Positions 39,507 through 49,803 of a DNA stretch of 50,926 nucleotides are shown piece after piece. The first letter of the stretch is position 1. Every line of letters starts with the position of its first letter. The position numbers were made by a program, and so were the translations under genes. Below the pieces are notes generated by a model that saw only the letters and a list, made by a program, of their open reading frames with translations, did not search any database and was not told where the DNA came from. This DNA is from a bacterium (lineage in GTDB: Bacteria > Hinthialibacterota > Hinthialibacteria > Hinthialibacterales > Hinthialibacteraceae): contig JBHGBC010000027.1 of NCBI GenBank assembly GCA_041946805.1, positions 1 to 50,926 on the forward strand, given 5' to 3'.

Positions 39507-39795
39507 GGTTTTCCTCCCTCTGGGGATAATCATTATCCCGGTGAATGTTGTAATAACATACCCATTGCGAGATCAACATCTATAATAACAATAAATGTGC
39601 CAAAAATGCTGAATGATTTAACTAATTGTCAATCAGGATATTATTGAAGCATTGCCGAAAGGGGATCCATATGGGGAAGACATATTTTGCAGGGGGTGCC
39701 TACATTTCGCGTACAATCGAACGATTTACCCAATTGTGGGGATAAAATCTGTCAGGCAATAATGGATTAGATAAAATATTTGCCAATATAAAACC

Positions 39796-39823
39796 GTAGG
39801 GGCACGTTGCAACGTGCCCCTAC
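39796..39823. repeat. Perfect 28-bp REP-like palindrome
   Basis: GTAGGGGCACGTTGCAACGTGCCCCTAC. Confidence 0.9.
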
Positions 39824-39893
39824 TCCTTGCGAATGCAATCGGATGTGTGGATTTCTCACCGCTCCAAATTCCCACGGCGTGTTTACATGTATC

Positions 39894-41153
39894 TCAAGGT
39901 ATCCTCGCCGCTTCCTGGAATTTTTGCCGGAATTGCGGATCCACGATCTCTCCTAAATGACCGCCATAGCGAAACAGGTACAAGCGGCCGTCCGGCAGCA
40001 CGGTTTGGAGAAATGCGGCCGATTCCGGGCTGATCAAGGGATCGTCCTGGGTATGAAACACCGTGACCGCCGGGGAGTTCCGCAGCGTGTCCGCCACCGC
40101 CGCCAGGCTGTTTTTCTGTAACAGGGCTTCGACAGATTCGCCGGAGGTTCCCTCCGCCGAATCGAACTCCCGGCTGTATTTCATCACCACATCCGTCACG
40201 TAGCGGAAAAACGAGAATTGACCGGCTTCCTCATAGCAGGGCTGCCGGCGGAAAAATCCACAGGGTTGGGATAAAATTCCCGATTCTTTGAATTCATGGC
40301 TGGCCAAAATGAATTCGGTCAGATTCCGTTTCATCAAATAACCGATCGCCAGCGCGGCTTCTAGCGGATCCAACTTTTGGAGTGCCGATTTATCCGGTTG
40401 ATCCTGCACTTCGGAGAGGTGGTAAAACCAGAGCGATTCGTTCCACCGGTCCGGCCCCAACGACCGGAGAATCTGGAGGGAGCCGCTATACATGGCGTCG
40501 ATTTTCTGAACGCTTTCTTGCATATCGACCAGCGGATTGACAGCTAGGAAGCGGTCGAACCGGAGCTGCGGTTCCCGCGCTTCTTGATCGGCGATGAACA
40601 GCGTATGCAGCGCGCCGAAGGATTGCCCGGCGAGGCATTTGTACGTGAACGGCTTCTTTCGCCTCGCCTCCAGGTCCTCCACCATCCGGCCGATCAGGCG
40701 GATGGCGTCCAACGAATCGTGCGGCACGTAACCGGGCACGGGGGTGGAAAGCGCCGCGCGGATGAACGTCCAGTGCATGGGGGAGGAAATCTGGGCCACC
40801 GAGTAGCCCTTCGCGTAAAGCAGCATACCCAGGAACGCGGTCGTGGTATCCCTGCAGGAACCATTCAGGCCAGGAATCACCACCGCCAAGGCGGATGAAT
40901 TCGGGTTGGACCAATACATATAGGGATAGGCGGGCTGGTCTTGATCCAGGCGCACGGTCCGTTTCCGGCCGTGGCGCAGGAATGGATACGACTCGGTTTG
41001 GACGTTCAAGCTGAGCAAAGTGGCCAGGTAGGGGTCATGCGCCGGGAATTGAGCGTTGTCAATCGTGGCGGCGGCCGCTTCCCATCCCGCGACGCCCGCG
41101 GTAAAAAAGCCCAATCCCACCGGGATCATCCAGTGATACAGTTTCCGATTCAT
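39894..41153 (-). CDS. Secreted alpha/beta-hydrolase (lipase-like, MlaY-like)
   Basis: Signal peptide; VVIPG, nucleophile elbow GQSFG, DDPL, GGHLG; start overlaps the mlaA-like stop (ATGA). Confidence 0.75.
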   Translation of the reverse strand: MNRKLYHWMIPVGLGFFTAGVAGWEAAAATIDNAQFPAHDPYLATLLSLNVQTESYPFLRHGRKRTVRLDQDQPAYPYMYWSNPNSSALAVVIPGLNGSCRDTTTAFLGMLLYAKGYSVAQISSPMHWTFIRAALSTPVPGYVPHDSLDAIRLIGRMVEDLEARRKKPFTYKCLAGQSFGALHTLFIADQEAREPQLRFDRFLAVNPLVDMQESVQKIDAMYSGSLQILRSLGPDRWNESLWFYHLSEVQDQPDKSALQKLDPLEAALAIGYLMKRNLTEFILASHEFKESGILSQPCGFFRRQPCYEEAGQFSFFRYVTDVVMKYSREFDSAEGTSGESVEALLQKNSLAAVADTLRNSPAVTVFHTQDDPLISPESAAFLQTVLPDGRLYLFRYGGHLGEIVDPQFRQKFQEAARIP

Positions 41154-42070
41154 TTCAATACCTTGGCTTCGCGATACGCGTAATACAGGTCCCGCACGAT
41201 CGCATAGGGATCGTATTGCTGATCGGTCATGCGTTCATAATCCCGGACCGTCATCACGGTCTCGTTGAATTGCAGCGCGGTGTCGGGAATGATCAAATCG
41301 TCACTGATCAATTGCAGGTAGGTCTTCCCATCGGTGACAGCGTCCAGGATCAACCCAAAGCCATCCCGGGCGGATGAAGGGCCCAACAGGGGCAGGACCA
41401 GGTAAAATCCGTGGTTCACACCATGAAAGCCCAGCGTTTGCCCGAAATCCTCCGGATCGGTCTTGATGCCCGTGTACGCGGCGACATCGAACAAGCCCCC
41501 GAGGCCGGCGGTGGAGTTGATCACGAAACGCTGGGCCTCTTGCCACGACTTGTCGAATTTCCCCTGGAACAGCGCGCTCAAGAAATATTTGGGAAACGCC
41601 AGGTTCGAGAAAAAATTATGGAACCGGTCCCGGACAAACCGGGGAAGCACAAACTCATACACCCGGCCCGCGGGGGAAATGACAAACCGGTACACCTGCG
41701 CGTTGAAGAAAAACACACTCCGGTTGAAGGGTTCAAGGGGATCGTCAAACAACTGGATGCGGAGGACCGTTTCATTGGCGGCCGGAGTAACGGATGTGAC
41801 TATGCCCGCGGCGGCCGGCGCTCCGGCGCCTTCCGGCGTCATCCGCGGATCGGAAGTTGCCGGCGCGGGGGGCGCCGGCAACGGAACGGGGCGTTTCGGA
41901 GATTCCGTACCCGGCGTCTTGGTACAAGTGGGAACCGGCAGGGATTGCAGATACGCGGGGCGTGGCGATTTTGATACGCTCCGGCCGTCCCCCGCCGTGT
42001 GGCCGAAGGAAGCGAATAATCCGAGGCAAATCCCGAACACCGTCAAACGCGAAATCGAGGGAAGAGGCAT
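41150..42070 (-). CDS. mlaA: MlaA/VacJ family protein with Pro-rich N-terminal linker
   Basis: DPLEPFNRSVFFFN, NFFSNL, RFVINSTAGLGGLFDVA, EDFGQTLG, YLVLPLLGPSSARD, DPY..VRD.Y. Confidence 0.92.
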   Translation of the reverse strand: MPLPSISRLTVFGICLGLFASFGHTAGDGRSVSKSPRPAYLQSLPVPTCTKTPGTESPKRPVPLPAPPAPATSDPRMTPEGAGAPAAAGIVTSVTPAANETVLRIQLFDDPLEPFNRSVFFFNAQVYRFVISPAGRVYEFVLPRFVRDRFHNFFSNLAFPKYFLSALFQGKFDKSWQEAQRFVINSTAGLGGLFDVAAYTGIKTDPEDFGQTLGFHGVNHGFYLVLPLLGPSSARDGFGLILDAVTDGKTYLQLISDDLIIPDTALQFNETVMTVRDYERMTDQQYDPYAIVRDLYYAYREAKVLK

Positions 42071-42212
42071 TGCATTATCAATCGAAAATCCAGGGATTGA
42101 ATTTCCACGCAAACGGAATCATTTGAATGGCTCATCCGGCAAGCACGTGCTTTTTTCCGATCCCCGGATCGCATCTCTTCGAAAGGATCGGTGAAAACCA
42201 CCCCCAACATTG

Positions 42213-42244
42213 CCTCTCCCTCTGGGAGAGGGCCAGGGTGAGGG
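42213..42244 (-). repeat. BoxC/triplex-type repeat copy (the only inverted copy)
   Basis: Plus strand CCTCTCCCTCTGGGAGAGGGCCAGGGTGAGGG. Confidence 0.9.
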
Positions 42245-42404
42245 TATTTTGGTTGGAGTGGACCTTGGTGTACGCCCTCATCCTGGCGAGAAGGAGATCG
42301 ATTTTACATCATCATGTACGCGCTTCCCGGCTGAACCATTTGAGTTATCGTATTTTCCGGCCAATAATTAATCAAGTTACGGGGAAAAACGAAGAAGCCA
42401 ATCT

Positions 42405-42443
42405 CCTCACCCCCGGCCCCTCTCCCGCCGGGGCAGAGGGGGG
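42405..42443 (+). repeat. BoxC/triplex-type repeat variant
   Basis: CCTCACCCCCGGCCCCTCTCCCGCCGGGGCAGAGGGGGG. Confidence 0.75.
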
Positions 42444-42518
42444 TAGGCAGCCCATGGATTCCGGCCCATGGATCGGTGCATCCGGATTGGGGAGGCCAGG
42501 CCGCCCGCGGCTTTTTTC

Positions 42519-43181
42519 TCACCGCCGGCGTTCCACCCCCACGCGGTCACAATACGCAAACAAGGCGCATCGCGAGCATTTCGGTGATACCGGCGCGCAG
42601 AGGTTCTGCCCGAAGGTCACCAGGAGGTCGTTGAATTCGATCCAATAGTCCGGCGGCAGTTTGTCCCGCAGGGCGAACTCGGTCTGTTCCGGCGTTTTGG
42701 TTTGGACATAGCCCCAGCGGTTGGTGATGCGGTGCACGTGCGTATCCACGCAGATCCCCGGCTTGCCATACCCCAGGGTTACCACCAGATTGGCGGTTTT
42801 ACGCCCCACGCCGTTCAGAGTCAACAAATCCTCGATGGAATCCGGGACCCGTCCGCCGTGGTTGTCGATCAGCGCCCCCGCGATGTCGAGCAGCTGCTTC
42901 GCCTTTTGGTTGTAAAATCCAACGGGGTAGATGATTTGGGCCAGTTCCTCCACGGGAATCCGCAGCAAGGCTTGCGGGGTGCGCGCCCGCTTTTGGAGAC
43001 GGGCGAAGGCGGCCCCCGTCGTGTCATCTTTGGTCCGCAGGCTGAGGACGCACGAGACCAGCACATGGAACGGATCGCGCGTGCGGCCCGCCACGGCGGT
43101 CACGGCCGGAGTCTTCCATTTTGCCACCTCTTGCCGTAGGATACGAACGATTTTATGGATATCGTTGGATCGCAAAACCAT
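42519..43181 (-). CDS. nth: Endonuclease III
   Basis: HhH motif LNGVGRKTAN, VDTHVHRI, 4Fe-4S C-x6-C-x2-C-x5-C; upstream TTGCCT-17-TACGAT (43254-43282). Confidence 0.96.
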   Translation of the reverse strand: MVLRSNDIHKIVRILRQEVAKWKTPAVTAVAGRTRDPFHVLVSCVLSLRTKDDTTGAAFARLQKRARTPQALLRIPVEELAQIIYPVGFYNQKAKQLLDIAGALIDNHGGRVPDSIEDLLTLNGVGRKTANLVVTLGYGKPGICVDTHVHRITNRWGYVQTKTPEQTEFALRDKLPPDYWIEFNDLLVTFGQNLCAPVSPKCSRCALFAYCDRVGVERRR

Positions 43182-43329
43182 CCCCCTTTTCCATGGTTCC
43201 TCGGCTGAATGTCTTCCCCATGTCCGCCGGAAAGGGGACGGGGATTGCCATGGATCGTATCGTGATTTGGCGGTCCAGGCAATCAAGGCAGGGCGGGGAC
43301 ACGGAGAAACATCGGATGAGCGGAGATTT

Positions 43330-43580
43330 CCCTCACCCTGACCCTCTCCCGGGGGGAGAGGGGAAAGACCGAAGAGGGTGGTGGTTGAAGGAGCCGGGCG
43401 GACACGATGGTCCGCCCCTACAAAAGGCACGATGGGTTACATGATGCGCACTAACTCATCCTACCTAGCTCAATGGCATTCAGTTAAGAATCAGATGTCA
43501 TCCCCACGAAAACGGGGATCCAGGGCATTTTTCCCAGGGCTAACACCCTGGGCAATTCTCATAGCGCGCCGTTGGCGCTC
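43330..43580. repeat. Cluster of four repeat types
   Basis: BoxC 43330-43363; GGGCGGACACGATGGTCCGCCCCTAC 43396-43421; GTCATCCCC..GGGGATCC 43497-43522; CCCAGGGCTAACACCCTGGG 43533-43552. Confidence 0.8.
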
Positions 43581-43667
43581 AAAAATCTTGTTCCATTCGG
43601 GTAAATAGTTGCCAAAAAACAAATTGTATCCTGAATGTGAAATCGACCTATCGTTTACAGGTTGCCC

Positions 43668-46600
43668 ATGAATTCAGCCCAGAAACGTGTTTTTTCGTCT
43701 CTCATCTTGTTGTTGATCTTCACGGTGGCGCTGGCGCTGCGTTTTTACGGCCTCGACTGGGGCTTCAAGGACGGCGTCTATTCCCAGCATCCGGACGAAT
43801 GGCATTACGACAGCTGCGCCACCCACATGAATCCACAGGGATTGAGCGAAGAAGAACGGCAACTCCCCTGGCGTGATCAGCTCCGGTTGCTCTACGAGCG
43901 CAACCTGAAGGTGGAGCCTCAACTCCCCTACGCCCCCGGTTCTCCCGGACTGCGCCCGGTCAACTACAACTACGGCACGTTTCCCCTGCACCTGTACTTG
44001 CTGTACCGTAATTACCTCGCCCGGCATTTCCATCCCGAGACGGGCTGGACGTTGCTGGCGTTTCCTGATTGGCTCAGCTTGGCGTTGCTGGTCTTCGCTC
44101 TCTATCTCGGCTTGCGGATGTATTTTGGCCTCTCGCGCGACCTGCGGGATCTCGATCACCATAGGCTCCCATGGCACCAGGATGAGCAGCGCTTGTTGTT
44201 TTTCTTTCCCTGTTTGATCCTCCCGGTCATAGGGCTGATCCTGGCAGCGATTCTGCCCACAAAACTGGTCCCCTCAACCGGATACAATCCCGCCACCACC
44301 TCGATACTGCTGGTGGGGCGGGTGGCCACCGCCTACGCGGGAGCGTTCACCGTGCTACTGGCGTATCTCATCGGCCGCGACGCCTACAACCGGACCACCG
44401 GGCTGCTGGCCGCCGCCATGCTGGCCACCGCCATGCTGCCTGTCCAGACCAGCCATTTCGCCACCACCGATATCATTCTAGGTTTCTGGACCACGGCGGC
44501 GGTGTATTGTTACCTCAAAATCACCCAAAAGCCGCGGCTGGGATGGTATCTTCGGGGAGGGATCTGCGCGGGTTTCGCGGTGGCCACCAAGTGGAGCGGC
44601 ATCACCCTGCCGGGCATCCTGCTGCTGGCGCACGCCACCGCCACCTGGGGAGACGAACGAGAAGGCAAAACCGGCCGCTGGATCCACACCGCCTGGCTGG
44701 CCATCGCCGGATTGGTCCTGCTGCATTTCTTCAAGGCCGCGAGTTCGAACAATCCCCCGCTCAATGTCACCCTGGCCGCGTTCCGGGATTTCTACTGGGG
44801 ATGGAAGTGGATAATCCTCACTGCCCTCTTCCTGCTCTTCGCCGCCTCGATTTATCTGTTGATTCTCCGCAAACGCTGGCACGGCGGCCGGATGGGCTGG
44901 TTCGTCCCCGCCGTGCGGATTTACATACCCTGGATTTGGTTGATTCTGGGAATCCTCGCCGGGCTGGCGGCATTTTTGATCGGCCAGCCCATGGCCTATT
45001 TCGACGCGGAAGCCTTCGCCCGTGACATCGCCGCGCAAAGCCGTATGCATACCACCGGCGAGGCGCCGATGGTCTTCACCCAGCAGTATCTCCACACCAC
45101 GCCGGTTTTCTACACGCTCGACAACCTCTTTTATCCCTCGCTGGATTGGATCACCGCCTTTTTCACCGTGGCGGGCTGCCTGTACGCGCTCGGCCGGCTG
45201 TTCAGGAAGGGTAACGCCTCGGATCTGTTGCTCGCCGCGTGGGTCATCCCCAGTTTCCTGATGTACAGCAGCTTTCACAGCAAGTTCCCCCGCTACCTCG
45301 ACGCCATCCTGCCGGTGATGCTGGTCCTCGGCGGCCGCCTGATCACCGAGTTATCTTCCATCCAGCCATATTTCTACAATACCGCCTTTCCGCGAATCGG
45401 ACCGGGTTGGAAGAAATCGGCGAAGTACGCCGGCCTCCTCGGCGGCGCGCTGGCCTTGTTATGCGGGCTGGTTTACGGGACGGCGTACGTCCGGATTTAT
45501 AATCAGCCCCACACGCTGGTCACCGCCGGGAAGATCATCCAGGAAAACCGGCGGCCCGGGGCCAAGATCACCCAAAACAGCTGGGACAACGGCCTCTTCG
45601 GAGTACATATCGAAAGCCGCGACCAGATCGGCATCCACGACCGGCCCGAGGAGGAATTGCGCGATCCCGCCGCGCGCGTGCGGTACCTGGCCCAGTATCT
45701 CGCCACCTACGATTACATTGTCTTCCCCAGTAAGCGGGGGTACGGCACGACGCTGCAAAACCCCGAGCGCTTCCCCATTACCAACCAGTTTCTCCAAGCG
45801 TTTTTCGCCGAACAGCTGGGTTTCAAAATCGCCGCCGTCATCACCAATCCCGTCCGGATTTTCGGCTGGGAGTTGCACGCCGATCTGGAAGACGAAACCG
45901 CCCGGATCTACGACCACCCCAAAGTCATCATTTTCGAGAAATTTCAGAAATTCACCCAGGAACAGCTGGAATCCTTGATCTGGAGCCCGCCTGCCTGGGT
46001 CACGCGCATCACGCCCCGCGAGATCCTGACCTTGCGCGAGGGCCATCCGGTCTATGAACCGCCCGTGAGTTTTCCGCTGCTGCGCTGGTGGCTGTTCCTC
46101 GAGGGATTGGGCGCGCTGGCGTTCGTGCTGCTCTTCCCGCTCGGTTCCGCCCTGCCGGACCGGGGATTCGGAATATCCAAAATCGTGGGCCTGGCGCTTT
46201 TCTCGTGGATGGGCTGGTTTCTCGCCTCGGTGGGATTCCTGAAAGTATCGACCTGGCAAGGTGCGCTGGCGCTCGGATTTCTCGTTATCCTAGCTGTGAT
46301 TTCCGCCCGGATCCACAAAGATTCCCTGCGCCAGTTTATCGCCACGAAATGGCCGCGCTTGGTCGCGTTGGAAATTCTGTTTCTCGCGTTCTGGGGAATC
46401 TTCCTGGTCATTCGCGCTTATCATCCGGGGGCGATCGGCGGTGAAAAGCCTATGAACATAGCTTTCATCAACGCCGTGTACCGGGCGGAGACGTTCCCGC
46501 CGGAAGATCCCTGGGCGCTGGGGCATCCCATCAACTATTACTATTACGGCCACGCGATTCTCGCCCTCGCGGGGCGATTCATCGGCCTGCCCGCGGAGTA

Positions 46601-49424
46601 TCTCTTCAATATCGGGGGGACGACTATATCAGGCTTGACCGCCCTGGCCGTTTTCACGCTGGCCCATCTCCTCTGCCGCCGGGCGTTCATCGCCTTCCTG
46701 GCCACGTACCTGGCGTGCTTCGCCGGGCATTTTCTGTCGTATCTCAACCTCATCCGCTATGAACTGAACGAAACCGGCGAGAGTATCCGCTCGGTTATCT
46801 CCAGTATCATTCCCACCCTGCAACTGATGGGCTGGTGCCTCCGGCGTTACCTGGGCTTCAGCACCCCGGAAATCGAACAGCGGCTGCGCGAACTGCGCTA
46901 CGACACGTTTTGGGAATCGTCGCGGGTCATCCCCAACACCGTGGCCAACGAATTCCCCTATTGGACTCACTTGTTCCTCGATTTCCACGCCCATATGCTG
47001 GTGATGCCCTTCACCTTCGCCTTTTTGATCCTCTTGTACAACTATTTCGCGCGGCCCCGGGAGGAAAAATCCGGCGCGGTTCTGGGCCTCTCCTTCTTCA
47101 TGGGCCTGTTGTTCGGGACCGTGATCTGCACCAACACGTGGGACCTGCCCGCCCTGGCGATCGCCTTTTTGCTGATCACCGCGGTGAAGTTCTACCGCGA
47201 ATCCGATTGGTTCGGCGGCGCGCCCGTGCGGCCCCGGATTCTCTGCCCCGAGTCGCTGCAGGAAATCTTCCGGTTTCCTATCGCCCCGGTCATGCTGGTC
47301 TTTCTGTTCGGCATCGGATTGTTTCTGCCCTTTTATTCAAATTTCATCAGCCGCGTCTCGTCGGTGGGGATCATGACCGAGGGCAGCACCACGGTCCGCA
47401 CCTACCTGGGCTTCTGGATCCACCTGCTGGTTCCCCTGATGATCACTTCGGTTTTCCTGGCGGTCCTGCGCCGGGACGGCCGGGTATCGATCCCCCGCGG
47501 GATACTATTCGTCAGTTTTTTCATGCTGTCCGTGGCGCTGGCCTTGCTGCTCACCCGCGTGAATCCCTTCGGATTGCCCATACCCCGCCATGCCGCCGCG
47601 CCGTTGAATTACAGCATCGTGGGTTTGTTTTTGCCCTTCTTCCTGGTCTTTTTTCTTCTGTTGTGGCAGCGGAATCAATGCCAAAACTTTATCTTCACCT
47701 GCCTGCTCGCCGTGCTCGGCTTGGGGTTGTCATTGGGGATCGAGGTTTTCTATATTAAGGAACCCGGATGGGGGCCGCCCTCGCACCGCTGGAACACGGT
47801 GTTCAAGTTCAACCTGCAGGTGTGGCATTACCTGTCCATCGCCGCCGCCATCAGTTGCTGGTGGATTTGGGGACAGATCAAAACCCTCGGCGCGAGCCTT
47901 GGCCGGGGATTCCATTACACCGGGAAAATGGTCTTCGTCCTGGTGATGACCGCCGTCCTCTTCCCCACCCTGCCCTTCACCCTCATCGCCCCGGCGGTGG
48001 TCACCGCATCGCACCGCGCGATCAGCGGCGAGGCGCAGGGCCAGTTGCCCAGTCTCGATGGCCTTGAATACCTGCGCGCCCAGAACTACGGGGCCTACGA
48101 GGCGGTCCAATGGGTCAACCGCTTCGTGAAGGGCAAGCCGCATATCGTCGAATGGGCCGACAAACACGGCGGCAACCACGCCCGTTTCAGTTCGTACACC
48201 GGACTGCCCGCCCTGACCGGCTGGCCGCACCACACCCGCGAACGCCTGCACTACATGGACGCCGTCAATCCCCGCCTGCTGGCTCTGGACCGGATCTACA
48301 CCTCCACCAACCGGGACGAGATCCACCGCTTCCTCGGCGAGTACCAGATCGATTATCTCATCTTCGGCGAGATCGAGCGGCTGTCGCCCCGCGGCGACCA
48401 AAACGACCGCCCCCCAATGGGCGAAGCGGGATTGAAGCACCTGGAGGATTTCGGTGATATCTTCCACCTGGTTTACCGCAATCCAGACACCTCCATCTTT
48501 CAAATCGACCGGGGATTGAACCGCGCCTACGGTTTGCGGACCCAGACCGAATCCGAGGTCCAGGTTCCGCCGGCGATGCGTCCTCCCGAAACGGGCCGTA
48601 GCCTCTTCGACGGGGGCCGGGGGAGCGGCAACGGCGAGTTTCAGGAACCCCGGGGCCTCATCCAGGACGCCACCGGCTTTTTCTACGTGGCCGACACCCG
48701 CAACCACCGGATCCAGGTCTTCCGGCCGGACGGCGCCTACGCCTGGCAAGTGGGCACGGAAGGATCGGGCGAGGGGGAGTTGAAAGAGCCAAACGACGTG
48801 GCCATCGACCCTCAGACCGGTAACCTCTTCATCGCCGACACGTGGAACCACCGTATTGTGCTGGTCGATTCCCACGGAACATTCCTGGGCGCAAGCCTGT
48901 CCAACTTTTTCGGGCCGCGCGGGATCGCCTTCCATCCCCAAAACCGGCTGCTGTACATCGCCGACACGGGCAACCACCGGGTGGTGGTCATGGCGCCGGA
49001 CGGCACGGTCCAGCAACACTGGGGCAAGCCGGGCGGCGGCAGCGAAGACGATGCCTTCCGCGAACCGGTGGGCATCGACGTGACGCCGGACGGCAACGTG
49101 ATCATCGTCGACAGCCTCAACCGCCGTGTGAAAAATTATTCGGCCCAGGGGAAATTACTAGGAATCTGGCCGATCCAGACCACCTGGGAAGGCAACGGGG
49201 GATTTGAAGGCCATGTGGCCGTTTCGCCCGACGGGACCATCGCCCTCACCGATCCCAAGGAGGGCAGCGTGCATCTCTATACGGCGGAAGGGGAACTGCT
49301 GGAGAAAATTTTCACCGACCTGGCCGGGCGGAAACTGGTCCAGCCCATCGGCATCCTGGCCAACGCCGCCGGGCACTTGTTCGTGACCGACATGCAGCGC
49401 GGTCAGGCCGCGCAGGTCAAATAG
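43668..49424 (+). CDS. Giant membrane protein: GT39/PMT-like module + DUF2298 (YYY) module + C-terminal NHL beta-propeller
   Basis: LRFYGLDWG..HPDE, YNYGTFPL, ATKWSG, KFPRY; GGEKPMN, FPPEDPW, INYYYYG, NEFP, HAH, NTWDLP, WNTVFKF, GWPHH; six NHL blades (YVADTRNHRIQVF etc.). Confidence 0.85.
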   Translation: MNSAQKRVFSSLILLLIFTVALALRFYGLDWGFKDGVYSQHPDEWHYDSCATHMNPQGLSEEERQLPWRDQLRLLYERNLKVEPQLPYAPGSPGLRPVNYNYGTFPLHLYLLYRNYLARHFHPETGWTLLAFPDWLSLALLVFALYLGLRMYFGLSRDLRDLDHHRLPWHQDEQRLLFFFPCLILPVIGLILAAILPTKLVPSTGYNPATTSILLVGRVATAYAGAFTVLLAYLIGRDAYNRTTGLLAAAMLATAMLPVQTSHFATTDIILGFWTTAAVYCYLKITQKPRLGWYLRGGICAGFAVATKWSGITLPGILLLAHATATWGDEREGKTGRWIHTAWLAIAGLVLLHFFKAASSNNPPLNVTLAAFRDFYWGWKWIILTALFLLFAASIYLLILRKRWHGGRMGWFVPAVRIYIPWIWLILGILAGLAAFLIGQPMAYFDAEAFARDIAAQSRMHTTGEAPMVFTQQYLHTTPVFYTLDNLFYPSLDWITAFFTVAGCLYALGRLFRKGNASDLLLAAWVIPSFLMYSSFHSKFPRYLDAILPVMLVLGGRLITELSSIQPYFYNTAFPRIGPGWKKSAKYAGLLGGALALLCGLVYGTAYVRIYNQPHTLVTAGKIIQENRRPGAKITQNSWDNGLFGVHIESRDQIGIHDRPEEELRDPAARVRYLAQYLATYDYIVFPSKRGYGTTLQNPERFPITNQFLQAFFAEQLGFKIAAVITNPVRIFGWELHADLEDETARIYDHPKVIIFEKFQKFTQEQLESLIWSPPAWVTRITPREILTLREGHPVYEPPVSFPLLRWWLFLEGLGALAFVLLFPLGSALPDRGFGISKIVGLALFSWMGWFLASVGFLKVSTWQGALALGFLVILAVISARIHKDSLRQFIATKWPRLVALEILFLAFWGIFLVIRAYHPGAIGGEKPMNIAFINAVYRAETFPPEDPWALGHPINYYYYGHAILALAGRFIGLPAEYLFNIGGTTISGLTALAVFTLAHLLCRRAFIAFLATYLACFAGHFLSYLNLIRYELNETGESIRSVISSIIPTLQLMGWCLRRYLGFSTPEIEQRLRELRYDTFWESSRVIPNTVANEFPYWTHLFLDFHAHMLVMPFTFAFLILLYNYFARPREEKSGAVLGLSFFMGLLFGTVICTNTWDLPALAIAFLLITAVKFYRESDWFGGAPVRPRILCPESLQEIFRFPIAPVMLVFLFGIGLFLPFYSNFISRVSSVGIMTEGSTTVRTYLGFWIHLLVPLMITSVFLAVLRRDGRVSIPRGILFVSFFMLSVALALLLTRVNPFGLPIPRHAAAPLNYSIVGLFLPFFLVFFLLLWQRNQCQNFIFTCLLAVLGLGLSLGIEVFYIKEPGWGPPSHRWNTVFKFNLQVWHYLSIAAAISCWWIWGQIKTLGASLGRGFHYTGKMVFVLVMTAVLFPTLPFTLIAPAVVTASHRAISGEAQGQLPSLDGLEYLRAQNYGAYEAVQWVNRFVKGKPHIVEWADKHGGNHARFSSYTGLPALTGWPHHTRERLHYMDAVNPRLLALDRIYTSTNRDEIHRFLGEYQIDYLIFGEIERLSPRGDQNDRPPMGEAGLKHLEDFGDIFHLVYRNPDTSIFQIDRGLNRAYGLRTQTESEVQVPPAMRPPETGRSLFDGGRGSGNGEFQEPRGLIQDATGFFYVADTRNHRIQVFRPDGAYAWQVGTEGSGEGELKEPNDVAIDPQTGNLFIADTWNHRIVLVDSHGTFLGASLSNFFGPRGIAFHPQNRLLYIADTGNHRVVVMAPDGTVQQHWGKPGGGSEDDAFREPVGIDVTPDGNVIIVDSLNRRVKNYSAQGKLLGIWPIQTTWEGNGGFEGHVAVSPDGTIALTDPKEGSVHLYTAEGELLEKIFTDLAGRKLVQPIGILANAAGHLFVTDMQRGQAAQVK

Positions 49425-49427
49425 CCA

Positions 49428-49754
49428 TCACGCGATGGCCCGGGCGGTGAGCATGCGGTCCAGTTCCTTGGCCGTGTCCAGGTTCGAGGACAACAGGAAA
49501 ATATGGAGGGATTCGGGCAGTACATCATCATACCGGGAGTAATCCTCTCCCAGGATAAAAAAGAATCCCGCCTGGGGATCGGGTATATTCTCCGGGAAAT
49601 GAACGCAGACATCCACTTTCTTGAAAAAGGGGATGGCCTGGATTTCCTGTTCCAGGTCACTCCGCGTGGGCCAGGTTCCTTCATTGAGTAAAATGTCCAG
49701 GAAACGGCAAATCCGTTCCATGCCTTGCCAGTATTGTTGTTGTCGTTTGCTCAT
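49428..49754 (-). CDS. Hypothetical protein
   Basis: 108-aa ATG ORF filling the gap after the convergent giant gene; no motif recognised. Confidence 0.55.
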   Translation of the reverse strand: MSKRQQQYWQGMERICRFLDILLNEGTWPTRSDLEQEIQAIPFFKKVDVCVHFPENIPDPQAGFFFILGEDYSRYDDVLPESLHIFLLSSNLDTAKELDRMLTARAIA

Positions 49755-49803
49755 TTCGATCGATTCTCTTCGGCCGCCCGGAGGGAGAGGGGAGATTCAC
49801 ACT

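Noticed and set aside
39540..39790. oriC candidate (AT-rich tract)
   Set aside because: No cluster of TTATCCACA DnaA boxes and no dnaA/dnaN/gidA context
43182..43430. N-terminal extension of Nth containing PLPPGEGQGEG
   Set aside because: This is the translation of the BoxC and REP repeats; a promoter-like motif and ATG 43181 fit better
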